Source of the DNA: Octopus vulgaris
Taxonomy: Eukaryota
Assembly: GCA_951406725.2 (NCBI GenBank)
Contig: OX597827.1
Location: forward strand, 81,034,001 to 81,098,000
Length of the DNA: 64,000 nucleotides
Direction of reading: 5' to 3'
Part shown: one piece after another, positions 51,780 to 63,599 of the stretch
How the letters are laid out: each line of letters starts with the position of its first letter
Position numbering within the stretch: the stretch's first letter is position 1
The notes under the pieces: generated by a model
What the model was told of the DNA's origin: nothing
Databases searched by the model: none
What the model saw: only the letters and a program-made list of their open reading frames with translations
Position numbers and translations under genes: made by a program

Positions 51780-52052
51780 GGTTCATATGGCATAGTGATT
51801 TAGAGCACGGGCTACTAACCCCAAAATTCCGAGTTCAATTCCAAGCAGTGACCTGAATAATAATAATAACATCGAAAAATACCTTAGGAATGAGAACCCA
51901 GGTTCAAAATTTCCCCAAGACACCTGATGAAGGCTGGAGGGAATATCAGCCGAAACGTTGTGTTAACAACAAACAAGATGAGGACAAATATCCGTCAAAT
52001 GTAAATAACGTAAATAATGTACATAATTCCTCATCTCTTAAATATAGAACTG
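51780..52052 (+). mobile_element. tRNA-headed short element carrying a hammerhead ribozyme, inserted in the CR1 copy
   Basis: A box TGGCATAGTG (51788), B box GAGTTCAATTCC (51831), HHR 51919-51964; the CR1 sequence resumes on both sides. Confidence 0.75.
51919..51964 (+). ncRNA. Minimal type I hammerhead ribozyme motif, canonical core
   Basis: GACAC-CUGAUGA-A-GGCUG-gagggaauau-CAGCC-GAAAC-GUU-GUGUU: stem I GACAC/GUGUU, 5-bp stem II, palindromic AACGUU stem III. Confidence 0.8.
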
Positions 52053-53233
52053 TATTTTATTATTGATGTGAGTACTGCAACTGAGATTGTTGCCAACAAT
52101 TACCCCTAAGTTACTGATATTATTGGATGTAACGTGTGGTTCTCTTGACTGAAGAAAGTTTCGTTCTTTGAGCACATTCTCTTCCCCAAACTGTATGAGT
52201 TCAAATTTCCCCCACAGCAGTATATTGTTTCTTTGCGCCCATTGACTCATAATCTGTAGACCAGAATGAAGTTTTGTTCGGTCTCTTTTTCCCTTGATGA
52301 GATTTTTGAAACTTTGAGTGGTCTTTCATTTTTTACTGCACTTGATGACACTGAAGATGTCCTTTATATAGACTTTAAAGAGAAGTGGGCCCAAAACAGA
52401 CCCTTGGGAAACATCACATGGGATACTTTCTGAGGTTTGAGTGGATTCTATCGATTACAACTTGTTGGGTTCTGTCCACCAGGAAATACTCGATCCAATG
52501 CAGCAGTTTACCATTGATTCCAACATGGGGTCATTTCAATGGTAGGATGTTGTGGTTGACCCTGTCAAAGGTTTTGCTGAAGTCAAGATATATAAGACCG
52601 GTGTTGAAGTCCAATCCCAAAACTTCAAGGATCTCATCAATGTGATGGTAAAAGCTTTGTTAGGTAGACTCGGTCTCAATGGAAAGAATACTCTGTGAAA
52701 TTTAGGAGATTGTTACTTTCCAGGAAGCCAGTTATCCTTGATCTCATTATCTTTGCAAATGCTTTGATGAAATGGGAGCAGAGTGAAACTGGGTGAGTGT
52801 TAACTGCAGGAGAACTGTTCCCGTTTCTGAAGACAGGGACGACAGATTGGGATAAAAAGTATTTTGGTATTTCGCCAAAGTCGAAAGATTTTCTCTTGCA
52901 GTTGGTTAGAAGGAGTGCAAGTTGGGTGTCTGCATCCCTTCAAGCACTGATGGGGAATCTATCAGAATCATTTGCCGAATAACATTTGTTTCATTCATTG
53001 CGGAGATGATGTCTGAGGCAGTGAATGTTAATATCAGAAAAGATATGTTAGGTGTTCAACTCAATCAAAATTAATGGGGTCCATGAAGACTATAACACAC
53101 ACACACACACACACACATTGAACTATGAAGGTTGCAAAGATGTAAATCACTTCAACCTGACAATTAATAAAAAATACTGCCTTGTTTCTTGTATTCGCTT
53201 CTTTAATATTATTACTGTGGCTAAACAATTATT

Positions 53234-53259
<26 letters not shown>

Positions 53260-53264
<5 letters not shown>

Positions 53265-53585
53265 CCTCGGCCTTAGCGAAGGCGGAGGTAATGTTTTCTG
53301 TTGCGCTTGCTGTCTGTAGATAAGATATCTCAAGAACTGATGGATGGATTCAGATGAAACTTTCAGAGATGTTTGGCCATGTACCTGGCACGAACTGATT
53401 AGATTTTGGGATCAATCCAATACCAGACAAGAATTCTGAATTATTTTTCTGTTTTCTTAACTTAATTTTTGAGAGGGGTTGGGTTCATTTTTAGTATTCT
53501 CATTTTAAAAATTATCTTTGGCTAATCATTGAGAGGATGTTGGTGTTGCTTTGGTGGAGGTTTGTGCTCTCTGAGTGTTCTTGTT
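53260..53585 (+). mobile_element. Helentron-associated non-autonomous element (HINE/DINE-1-like)
   Basis: 5' TTACCTCGGCCTTAGCGAAGGCGGAGGTAA hairpin; 3' subterminal repeat GGTGGAGGT then GCTCTCTGAGT hairpin; inserted in (TTA)n. Confidence 0.8.
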
Positions 53586-54820
53586 ATTATTAGATTTTCT
53601 CCTTTCAATTTTGTTTCCATTTCTTGTCGAGTGTCCTCCCGACACCTGGGGCAAAGAAACTTACTGTATACATCAATAAGCCATTAAAATAAACCCACCA
53701 GATTGTTCATTTACAAAGACAAGTTAAGTGAAAGAACGAAAAAGAAAATAGAAGAAAGCAAAAACCAAATCACACGGTGACATTGCTCTTCTCAATACGT
53801 GTCATATACCTGTTGAAACAATCTTTTGCACTTCTTGCATGGATGGTAAGCCAGGGGTCAGTCTCAGATAATTTTCATTTCTTTTTTGATAATTCCAAGT
53901 GTTCCTACAATCACTGGTGATGCTACGTTTTTTTCGATTTCAATGAAGAAATTTTTATATTTTAAAGTCTTATCGAATTCTTTCACTGAGTAAATATAAT
54001 ACAGGAATATATATATAATAATATATAATATAATACAAGAATATATATATATAATAATATATAATATAATACAGGAATATATATATATAATAATATATAT
54101 ATAATAATATATATATAATAATATATATATAATAATATATATATAATAATATATATATAATAATATATATATAATAATATATATATAATAATATATATAT
54201 AATAAAGGAATACTCAGGTTGAGTATTGTTTTTATTGTTTTGGTCTTTCACAACAATATTTGGTTTATTAGCTTTGGTGGTTCGGTCTGTGGGTACCGGA
54301 ACGTCTCAAAGAATCGTTACATTTTCTCCTTCAGTTACAGCCTCAGGGTGGTGCTTATTGAAATTTTATCAACAGTTTTGGTTTTATAATGCTAACATAT
54401 TAACCAGGGTAAATATTGGTCAACTCTGGTGTTAAAACTTTACAGCCAAAGATTAAGTGGTCCTCTCTTTCAATCTCATCATTGCAGAATTGGCACTTTT
54501 GGTTTGTTCCATTTTCCATCATATTGGTTTGGTAGTTCCGGATCAATAAGCTTTGATTTTCTACAGCTAAAATGAAGACTTTGCTCTTTGCCTTCATCCT
54601 TGAGCTCCGTTGATGGCTGTGCTTCTGGTCCACATCAGTTTACTTGCTACGGGCCACATATTTTCCAGGCACAATTTTCTTCTCCTGCCTCTTCCTTGCA
54701 ACAACAGTTGCTGCACTTCCATCATGCTGTTCCGCCTGGACATCCTGCATTGAACTCAAAAGCAAATTTCACGAGAGAATGAAGCATCTTACGCCTCTTG
54801 TGATCATCAACGAGCTTTAG
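53586..54820 (-). mobile_element. Dong-like (R4 clade) retrotransposon 3' fragment ending in (TAA)n, interrupted at ~53975-54400
   Basis: FILAVENQSLLIRNYQ...CQFCNDEIEREDHLIFGC zinc knuckle; 3' end ...GAAAATCTAATAATAAC next to the TAA tract. Confidence 0.75.
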
Positions 54821-54859
54821 TATGTGGTTGTTGTTGTTGTTATTGCTGTTAGTTTAATA

Positions 54860-55452
54860 AATGTCACGTCTGTCCAAAACAGTTTTAAAACTTTCAAAAC
54901 TGTGCCAATCAGCTGCTGTTGCAAACTGCTGTGCTGTGTGTGGGACAGTTTGACCTTCAGCTTCATGATGACCACATCACACCACGTTTGGCAATTATGG
55001 TGCTATTGGTGCCAAAATGAAGGTAGGTTTAGCGCACTTTGAGATTTATTGCAAGATAAACAATGACGGATTTGGAAGACTGACGTGTTTGTGTGAAATT
55101 CTGCTTAAAATTGGGGAAAGCTGTTACGGAGACATTTCTAATGTTGCACGTAATGTCAGAAGTTGAGGCAGCAAGATGAGTTTTGGAGGAACATCCACTG
55201 AAGAGGATTCCAAGTCAGGCAGATCTTCCACAATGGATGGTGATGGCATGGCAATTGCTGATGTTGTGATTCGTGGAAACTACCGTCTGGCTGTCCGTGG
55301 AGATTGTAATGGAGGAGGTAACTGCAGAAGTTAGAACCAGGAAAAAACTTTAGGGATTCATCATGTGTCACATCTACTGACAAATGAACGGAAGACAAAG
55401 CAATCATTGTCAACCACAAAGCAATTTCATTGTTGAAATGGTGACCAAACAT
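54860..55452 (+). mobile_element. Mariner 5' fragment
   Basis: MTDLED*RVCVKFCLKLGKAVTETFLML from 55063; truncated where the minisatellite begins. Confidence 0.7.
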
Positions 55453-55454
55453 GG

Positions 55455-57671
55455 AGGAATGGCTAAGATGTTGGAATGGCTAAGATGTTGGAATGGCTAA
55501 GATGTAGGAATGGCTAAGATGTTGGAATGGCTAAGATGTAGGAATGGCTAAGATGTAGGAATGGCTAAGATGTAGGAATGGCTAAGATGTAGGAATGGTT
55601 AAGATGTAGGAATGGTTAAGATGTAGGAATGGTTAAGATGTAGGAATGGTTAAGATGTAGGAATGGCTAAGATGTTGGAATGGCTAAGATGTTGGAATGG
55701 CTAAGATGTTGGAATGGCTAAGATGTTGGAATGGCTAAGATGTAGGAATGGCTAAGATGTAGGAATGGTTAAGATGTAGGAATGGTTAAGATGTAGGAAT
55801 GGCTAAGATGTAGGAATGGCTAAGATGTTGTGGAATGGCTAAGATGTCGGAATGGCTAAGATGTCGGAATGGCTAAGATGTGTGGAATGGCTAAGATGTA
55901 GGAATGGCTAAGATGTTGGAATGGCTAAGATGTAGGAATGGCTAAGATGTCGGAATGGCTAAGATGTTGGAATGGCTAAGATGTAGGAATGGCTAAGATG
56001 TAGGAATGGCTAAGATGTAGGAATGGTTAAGATGTAGGAATGGTTAAGATGTAGGAATGGTTAAGATGTAGGAATGGTTAAGATGTAGGAATGGCTAAGA
56101 TGTAGGAATGGTTAAGATGTAGGAATGGTTAAGATGTAGGAATGGTTAAGATGTAGGAATGGTTAAGATGTAGGAATGGTTAAGATGTAGGAATGGTTAA
56201 GATGTAGGAATGGTTAAGATGTTGTGAATGGCTAAGATGTAGGAATGGCTAAGATGTAGGAATGGTTAAGATGTAGGAATGGTTAAGATGTAGGAATGGT
56301 TAAGATGTAGGAATGGTTAAGATGTAGGAATGGTTAAGATGTGGAATGGCTAAGATGTGTGGAATGGCTAAGATGTAGGAATGGCTAAGATGTTGGAATG
56401 GCTAAGATGTAGGAATGGCTAAGATGTAGGAATGGCTAAGATGTAGGAATGGCTAAGATGTAGGAATGGCTAAGATGTAGGAATGGCTAAGATGTAGGAA
56501 TGGCTAAGATGTAGGAATGGTTAAGATGTAGGAATGGCTAAGATGTAGGAATGGTTAAGATGTAGGAATGGTTAAGATGTAGGAATGGCTAAGATGTAGG
56601 AATGGCTAAGATGTCGGAATGGCTAAGATGTTGGAATGGCTAAGATGTGGAATGGCTAAGATGTAGGAATGGCTAAGATGTAGGAATGGCTAAGATGTAG
56701 GAATGGCTAAGATGTAGGAATGGCTAAGATGTGGAATGGCTAAGATGTAGGAATGGCTAAGATGTAGGAATGGTTAAGATGTAGGAATGGTTAAGATGTA
56801 GGAATGGCTAAGATGTAGGAATGGTTAAGATGTAGGAATGGTTAAGATGTAGGAATGGTTAAGATGTAGGAATGGTTAAGATGTAGGAATGGTTAAGATG
56901 TAGGAATGGCTAAGATGTCGGAATGGCTAAGATGTAGGAATGGCTAAGATGTAGGAATGGTAAGATGTAGGAATGGCTAAGATGTAGGAATGGCTAAGAT
57001 GTAGGAATGGCTAAGATGTAGGAATGGCTAAGATGTAGGAATGGCTAAGATGTAGGAATGGCTAAGATGTGGAATGGCTAAGATGTAGGAATGGCTAAGA
57101 TGTAGGAATGGCTAAGATGTAGGAATGGTAAGATGTAGGAATGGCTAAGATGTAGGAATGGCTAAGATGTAGGAATGGCTAAGATGTTGGAATGGCTAAG
57201 ATGTAGGAATGGCTAAGATGTTGTGGAATGGCTAAGATGTAGGAATGGCTAAGATGTAGGAATGGCTAAGATGTAGGAATGGCTAAGATGTAGGAATGGC
57301 TAAGATGTGGAATGGCTAAGATGTCGGAATGGCTAAGATGTTGGAATGGCTAAGATGTAGGAATGGCTAAGATGTAGGAATGGCTAAGATGTAGGAATGG
57401 TTAAGATGTGTGGAATGGCTAAGATGTAGGAATGGTTAAGATGTTGGAATGGCTAAGATGTGGAATGGCTAAGATGTCGGAATGGCTAAGATGTTGGAAT
57501 GGCTAAGATGTGGAATGCTAAGATGTGGAATGGCTAAGATGTGGAATGGCTAAGATGGAATGGCTAAGATGTAGGAATGGCTAAGATGTAGGAATGGCTA
57601 AGATGTAGGAATGGCTAAGATGTAGGAATGGCTAAGATGTAGGAATGGCTAAGATGTAGGAATGGCTAAGA
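55455..57671. repeat. 17-bp minisatellite, consensus GGAATGG(C/T)TAAGATGT(A/T/C), ~130 copies, open-ended at the gap
   Basis: Direct; 2.2 kb / 17 bp. Confidence 0.98.
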
Positions 57672-57771
57672 NNNNNNNNNNNNNNNNNNNNNNNNNNNNN
57701 NNNNNNNNNNNNNNNNNNNNNNNNNNNNNNNNNNNNNNNNNNNNNNNNNNNNNNNNNNNNNNNNNNNNNNN
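57672..57771. other. Assembly gap (100 N)
   Basis: Run of N. Confidence 1.
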
Positions 57772-58020
57772 AATGGCTGTCTTGTTTATTGAGTAGGATT
57801 GGCTCTATGGCAGGCATAAAGGGCTCCAGGCACAGCCATCGCTTCATGGTTTTCAATATCTCTCTACTGTGTGCTGCATACAATGGCTGGTCGTAGCTGA
57901 AAGAAGCTAAAACACTTGATGGAAAGTTCCATGATGGAATGAAGGCTTGTGTCAAGTGTGGATGGTAAACTGTTTGAACACCTGCTGCAAGTGGTGCCCA
58001 TCATTTCTACATCTGTGTAA

Positions 58021-58180
58021 AAGAGTGTGGTAAGAAGCTTGCTTCCCAACCACATGGTTCTGGGTTCAGTCCCATTGTGTGGCACCTTGGGCAAGTGTCT
58101 TCCACAATAGCCTCTGGCTGACCAAAGCCTTGTGAGAAGATTTGGTCGATGGAAATTGAAAGAAGCCTGTTGTGTGTGTG
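58021..58180 (+). mobile_element. SINE family A, 5' half
   Basis: GTGTGGTAAGAAGCTTGCTTCCCAACCACATGGTTCTGGGTTCAGTCCC...CCTTGGGCAAGTGTC. Confidence 0.85.
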
Positions 58181-58186
58181 TGTGTA

Positions 58187-58227
<41 letters not shown>

Positions 58228-58292
58228 GGTCCCGGGTTGAGTCGGGGTTAACCACATTAAATAAGGTACTCAATACATAGCAGAGTAAATTA

Positions 58293-58442
58293 ATTTATTT
58301 TATAGAAGGAGCTTCTACAGGACTAGAACTGTTTCATTCAAAAGAAATCATCAGGAAGCTAGGTGACGTCACCTAGCTTCCTGATGATTTCTTTTGAATG
58401 AAACAGTTCTAGTCCTGTAGAAACTCCTTCTATAAAATAAAT
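58293..58442. repeat. 150-bp spacerless palindrome (75-bp arms, 1 mismatch) with HHR-like cores, within a PLE-type insertion 58225-58442 in (TA)n
   Basis: Centre GTGAC|GTCAC at 58367/58368; each arm has CTGATGA-TTTCTTTTGAAT-GAAAC-AGTT. Confidence 0.92.
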
Positions 58443-58459
58443 ATATTATATTATATTAT

Positions 58460-58507
<48 letters not shown>

Positions 58508-58554
58508 TATGTGCATATGTTTATATATATATATATATATACATGTGTTCACTT

Positions 58555-58985
58555 CCGACTCGTACAATGTCGCTCATTTCACTTTCCAGCACTGCATTTA
58601 TATATTCATTTTTGCTGCTGTTGTTTATCAGGTGCTGCCTGAGTGACCCCATAGGGATTCAAAGGCTGTCTGCACTGATCTCAAGCCTCTACCACCTTCA
58701 TTTCTTCTAAGGTAGAACCTGTCAACATCACTGTTTCTGTGGAAGTTCCCAGTTGTCAGCATTTTGTGGGTTTCAATATCTATGGAGTGGATTTCCTCTA
58801 CAGACCAATCAAGTATCCCAAATGTTGGGATCAGCATTGGTACTGCAAATGCATTGTGGGATATTGTTTTGTTGTAAGAGGAGAGCTCCGACTGCCATAT
58901 TTTCCTAAGTCTGGTGTAATACTCTTGGGTCACCCTAACTTTATAACCCTGAATAATGTGTCACATGTTTGGGTCATTGGTGATT
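58555..58985 (-). mobile_element. R4/Dong-clade RT C-terminal fragment
   Basis: EYYTRLRKIWQSELSSYNK..SHNAFAVP.L..TFGILDW...F HRNSDVDRFYLRRNEGGRGL. Confidence 0.85.
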
Positions 58986-59114
58986 AAACTGGTAACCTCA
59001 CCAAACCTGCTTTAGTGAGGTGGGGGATTTATTGGACATTATGTGGGATGAAAAAGAAAACCTGTCAAAGGGCTGAGGAACTCAAGAGAGGCAACTGCCA
59101 CCAAATAATGTGTG

Positions 59115-59250
59115 AACGCACATGGGCTAGTGATCATAAGATTGTGGTTTTGATTCCCAGACCAGCTGTGCATTGTGCTATTGTGCAAAGCACTTCATTT
59201 CGCATTGCCCCAGTCCACTCAGCTGTAAAGGAGCCATCTTGTGACTGATT
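59115..59250 (+). mobile_element. SINE family D-like, decayed
   Basis: GGTTTTGATTCCCAGACC...GCAAAGCACTTCATTTCGCATTGCCCCAGTCCACTCAGCTG. Confidence 0.65.
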
Positions 59251-59394
59251 GACAGACAAAGGGGAGATGGTAACTGAAGAAAATCCACTGGACAGAGGTC
59301 TTGTGATAGAGCCAAGCTTTAGGCTGAAGCACGAGAGAATAAAAGAATTTCTGTGTATATTGAGAGAGAGAGAGAGAGAGCATAATACAAAAAT

Positions 59395-59585
59395 CAAATA
59401 AATGACAAAGGAAAAGGAAATTATATAATGAAGTTCATTGGCTTACAGCTGTTTCTGCTACAAGATGCAATGCACTCATAGTTTAGTGCTTGTGTATCAT
59501 CTTAGAGCTTTGTTGAAGGATTTTTCCGAAGCATGTGTATACTGTTTTCTAACAGCAGCTTATTAGGGCTGCCATGCCTTAGCAA
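59395..59585 (-). mobile_element. PLE-type terminal remnant with degenerate hammerhead (59440-59509)
   Basis: Minus: AGCT-CTAAGA-long stem II-GAAAC-AGCT-GTA-AGCC; palindromic ACAGCUGU stem III and GUA triplet; core has lost a base. Confidence 0.5.
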
Positions 59586-59591
59586 AATATA

Positions 59592-59900
59592 TCATCATCA
59601 TCATCCTCATCATCATCATCATCGTTTAATATCTGTTTTCCATGTTCGCATGGGTTGGACAGTTTGACCAGAGCTGGTAAATAGACAGCTGCAACAGGTT
59701 CCAGTCCGATTTGGCTTGGTTTCTGCAGCTTAATGTCCTTCCTAATGCCAACCCCTCTGAGAGTGTGTGCTTGGTGCTTACAATGCGGCACTGGCACGAG
59801 TGCTTTTACATGGTGCCAGCAACAGTGCTCCCCATGTGGCACCAACACGAGTGTATTTTTTGTGGCACTGACACAGGTGCGTCTTTTGTGGCACTCGCAG
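59592..59900 (-). mobile_element. Variant RTE-tail-related repeat
   Basis: (CAT)nCGTTTAATATC...CATGGGTTGGAC...CCTTCCTAATGCCAACC. Confidence 0.75.
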
Positions 59901-60525
59901 TATATACGAGGGAGGGTACAAATGGAAGAAAAAGGCACTCAGTGCATTTAGTAGCAGTTTCATATATTGTTTAAAGCAGTTTTGATTTGGCCCCAAGTGA
60001 CAGAAACCTGGCTTGTTCAGGCTCAGGGGGTGGGGGGAGAAAACAGGTAGCAAAGGGGGGGGGGGGATAAAAAGGCAGAGGAAGAGATGGAAGCAAAGGA
60101 AAGGAAGAAAAGGGTCAAGTAGAAAGAAGGAAAGGTAGAGAGAGATAGAAGTGTAAGTAGAGAGAAAGGGAATGAAGGCCAGGTGCAGAGGAGAAAGGGG
60201 GAGTAGTAAAGTGGAAGGGGTAGACATGAGAGGGAGGGAAGATAGACAGAAAGTAAGAAAGGGGAGAGTGTGAGAGAGGGAAGGAAAGAGAGGGAGAAAG
60301 AGAGAGATGTTGCACCGAATATTAGCTGCTCTATGGGGTGCCACTGCGGGGGAAGTAAAAATAAGGAGCAAGGAATAATATCATTACAAAATTGCACAGA
60401 AGAATGACACAGGAATACATGAAAGGTTCCCACTCCAGAAATGGTCTTTTCTCATCAGTTATGGTGTGAAAATCAACAATTTTGTTCTTTTAATGATAAG
60501 ATTGTTCAGTTTGGTGATATAAACA

Positions 60526-60577
<52 letters not shown>

Positions 60578-61458
60578 TTGTTATGTATTCAATTATAATG
60601 AGAGAGTCAACAAAATCTATATTTGTTGATATTAAATAAAGTATCTATCAAAATTACTTCCAATATTCTGTCTAAAAAAAACCTAAAAATTCATAGACTT
60701 GCTCTGATCTTCAGTGGAACCAAGGAAATTTACAAGCACACATTCACTCCATTCAAGGGACCATGAATCTAGAAAGAGAAGACCAACTAAGGAACTGTTA
60801 TTTTATAAACCAAACCAATTTCATGGGCGACTAAAAATAGCTCCTCTTGAATTCACAAATACACTAATGTCCTTGAGCCTGGCAAAAAGAATTTGACCAA
60901 GACACACACCAAGTCACCCATGTATATACATGCATACACCCCTATAAGGTGGATGCCATACAAAATAAACTGTTTCCCCCAACACATACCCCCACATATA
61001 CACATCCCACCCCCAATAACAACTCTATCCTTTACAGAAAGAAGACTAACAAACACAGCTATATATACCGACACCCCCGAAAAATTCTACATATGACACT
61101 GCTACACATACCACACACCCCATCCCCATAAGAGTACCACATTAATACTACACACTTGCCCACTTCAAGATAACTCTTGCTGGCTTCACAGCATACCCAA
61201 CCAAGGGACATAGCTCCTAAACTAATCCCCTGGCCCCTGTTTCATTCCACCCACTTTTTCACAGCAGCTTCTGACCACTTTTACTCATCCAACTCTGACA
61301 ATAGAGAACAGTTGCCATATTCCTTTCCATATCGGCTAACTCTGATGAGTGTAAAGTTATATAATTGGTTTGTTGCCTAACACTCCATTGTATTTTTTAC
61401 ATGAAACCAGTTAGTAAGATCAGCCATGATGGATGTTTACTATTATTCATTTTGGATA

Positions 61459-61497
<39 letters not shown>

Positions 61498-61544
61498 TAG
61501 CTAAGGCAGGGTGCAGAAGCATCCAGTCACTCATCATATCTTCT

Positions 61545-61800
61545 CAGATGCATTAGGCAGGTCATGTTGTGCTTACAGAAGATAATGAGATTCAGAAGCA
61601 GTTGTTTACAGTGAGTTGTGCTTTGGAAGAATCCTCAGCACAAACTACAAAAAAAAGGTACAAAGACTGCATAAAAGGTAACCTGAAGGACCTGCAAATC
61701 AATGTAAGGCACTGGGAAGAACTTGCTTCAGAAAGAGCTGAGAGCAGGAAGAATATAATGGAAGGTTGTAAGACTTTTTCAAGAGGGTTGCCTTGAACAC
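61545..61800 (+). mobile_element. RTE (BovB-like) ORF C-terminal fragment
   Basis: GHVV..ED..IQKQLF...KKRYKDCIK.NLK..QIN...WEELASER..W/SRK.I.EG. Confidence 0.7.
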
Positions 61801-62288
61801 AAAAAGCCTAAAGGTGCTGTCATCAGAACTTCAATGAGAATGTAAAATGTTGAAGGTGTGAAACGCTTGGTTGTGGACTCAGTTATAAGGCTGGGTGTGT
61901 GTCACCTGTCTGAAATCCCATGACAGGTCAACTGTATGCAATGTTCTTTTTCCCAGGCCAAGGGATTTGAATTGTGTAGTGAACAGTCTTGAACAGTCAA
62001 GTGAGAGGTCATAGATGGAAGGCCATTGACAAGGAGGCAGCTCAGATAGAGATGGCAATCATTGATGATGATGGAGCAATCACCATATATGTATGTCTGC
62101 ATTGATGGATGGGTGTATCCAGTGCAAATCTTCTCTAATCCTCAATAATCTTTTTCATATTGTAGAATTGTGTCAGTATGCAGAGATTTTTGATATTAGT
62201 TCATAGTTGTATATATATGTGTGTGTGTGTATATATGTGTGTGTGTGTGTATACAAGCACTCTCTCAGATTAGTCACTGTGTATGTGA

Positions 62289-62329
<41 letters not shown>

Positions 62330-63030
62330 TATATACATATATATACACACTCTTACACATACTTAGCTTAATATATTTTCATATATATAAATACATATAT
62401 GTACGTGTATATACATACATTCACACACACACACTAATATGTATATGTGTATGTATGCATGCATGTATGCATGTATGTATGACTGAATGTATGCATGAAT
62501 GTATGTATGAATGAATTTATGTATGTATATATGTAAGTATGCGTGTATGTATGTATGTTCTAACTTCTACGTTGTAATACATCCACTACCATCACATTTC
62601 AGTATAAAAGTGAAACGTCACAGAGAGCTCAATATCGTAACAATAGAGCTATGTCAATTTGGATGCAGTTCTACATTTGAATGTTCTGGGGTCACCATAG
62701 CTTACATTATACTAAATATCTCCTAACATTACTATGACTACAGACTGCAATGTTAGCTAGTATATTGAAATGTCTAACTGCACTTATATTTACATAATTC
62801 TTCAATAAGTATGTTAAGCATTCTGCCATAATTCATTTCTATACAAAATCTTTACAGCAACGTATGAATCAGAAGTCGTAACTAGAATATATTTATCAGA
62901 CTTTTTTGCCAAGAAGTTGAGCTTAAAATGTTATGAATTTACTGCCATTAGTGGAAGGTTGTTTGCAGAAGGTCGAAGCAGGGAACCTATGGTTGCAGTC
63001 ATGGTGGATGCGTAGGTACGAAAGAATGTA

Positions 63031-63345
63031 CTACCTATCATGTGGGCAAGGATTAAACACCTCGCTCCTACTATTCAGGTAAACATCTGGGCGTTGGGTA
63101 CCTTTTAAAATTGCTCTCTTCTCAGCCAGGCATAATCTGCATTTCCTGCTGCTAGTGGAGTATGGTTTGCATCTTTCTAGAATCTTCCACTTTATGCTGT
63201 ACTCTGTGCTGCCCTCTTTCAAAATCCAGATGTGCTTGGCTAGGGTTGTGGCGTTACGTCTCTCTGGGATGTTGAATGAGGACTTGTAGTTATTAAAGCG
63301 GGTTCTGAAGGGGCCTTCCATTGCCCCCATGTATTTCCTGCATTA
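63031..63345 (-). mobile_element. Penelope-like element GIY-YIG endonuclease fragment
   Basis: KYMG..EGPFRTRFNNYKSSF....RNATTLAKHIW.LK....YSIKWKILE...PYS..SRKCRLCLAEK..I....LNSRSE....CPH. Confidence 0.9.
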
Positions 63346-63599
63346 CAAGGAGGTGAATGTAAGTGAAGTGGTAGAAAGGATTGGATTAAGGTGAGTGAGG
63401 GTATGTAAGTTCAGTAGGGTGTGAAAGGAGTGCAAAAGATAAAAGAGAAGGGAATGCAGTAAGTGGTGGGTGGATGTCAGAGAGATTCACCATGGACAGA
63501 TTGTGTTCAGGGGTTTAGACATCGACCCCAGGCTTTTAGGTTCTTATTTTTGGTCTGCTGGATGGGTTTTCTGAAGTTACAGCAAATCCCTAATCATCT

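Larger units (their letters stand above)
50928..53050 (-). mobile_element. Older CR1-like LINE copy (relative of 21146-23365) with nested insertions
   Basis: 3' UTR shares CAGGTGGTGCTATTAAGTTAGAC; minus frames give IYLDFSKTFDRVNHNIL, VSQGSVLGPLL, RIESPQ, FFSSTGPALFN.IP. Confidence 0.88.

Noticed and set aside
54290-54345. Minus-strand CTGAAGG...GAGACGTT hammerhead-like remnant
   Set aside because: Two core mismatches and no stem I.
55455-57671. CRISPR-like or telomeric array
   Set aside because: No unique spacers, no cas genes, eukaryotic context, and the unit is not TTAGGG.
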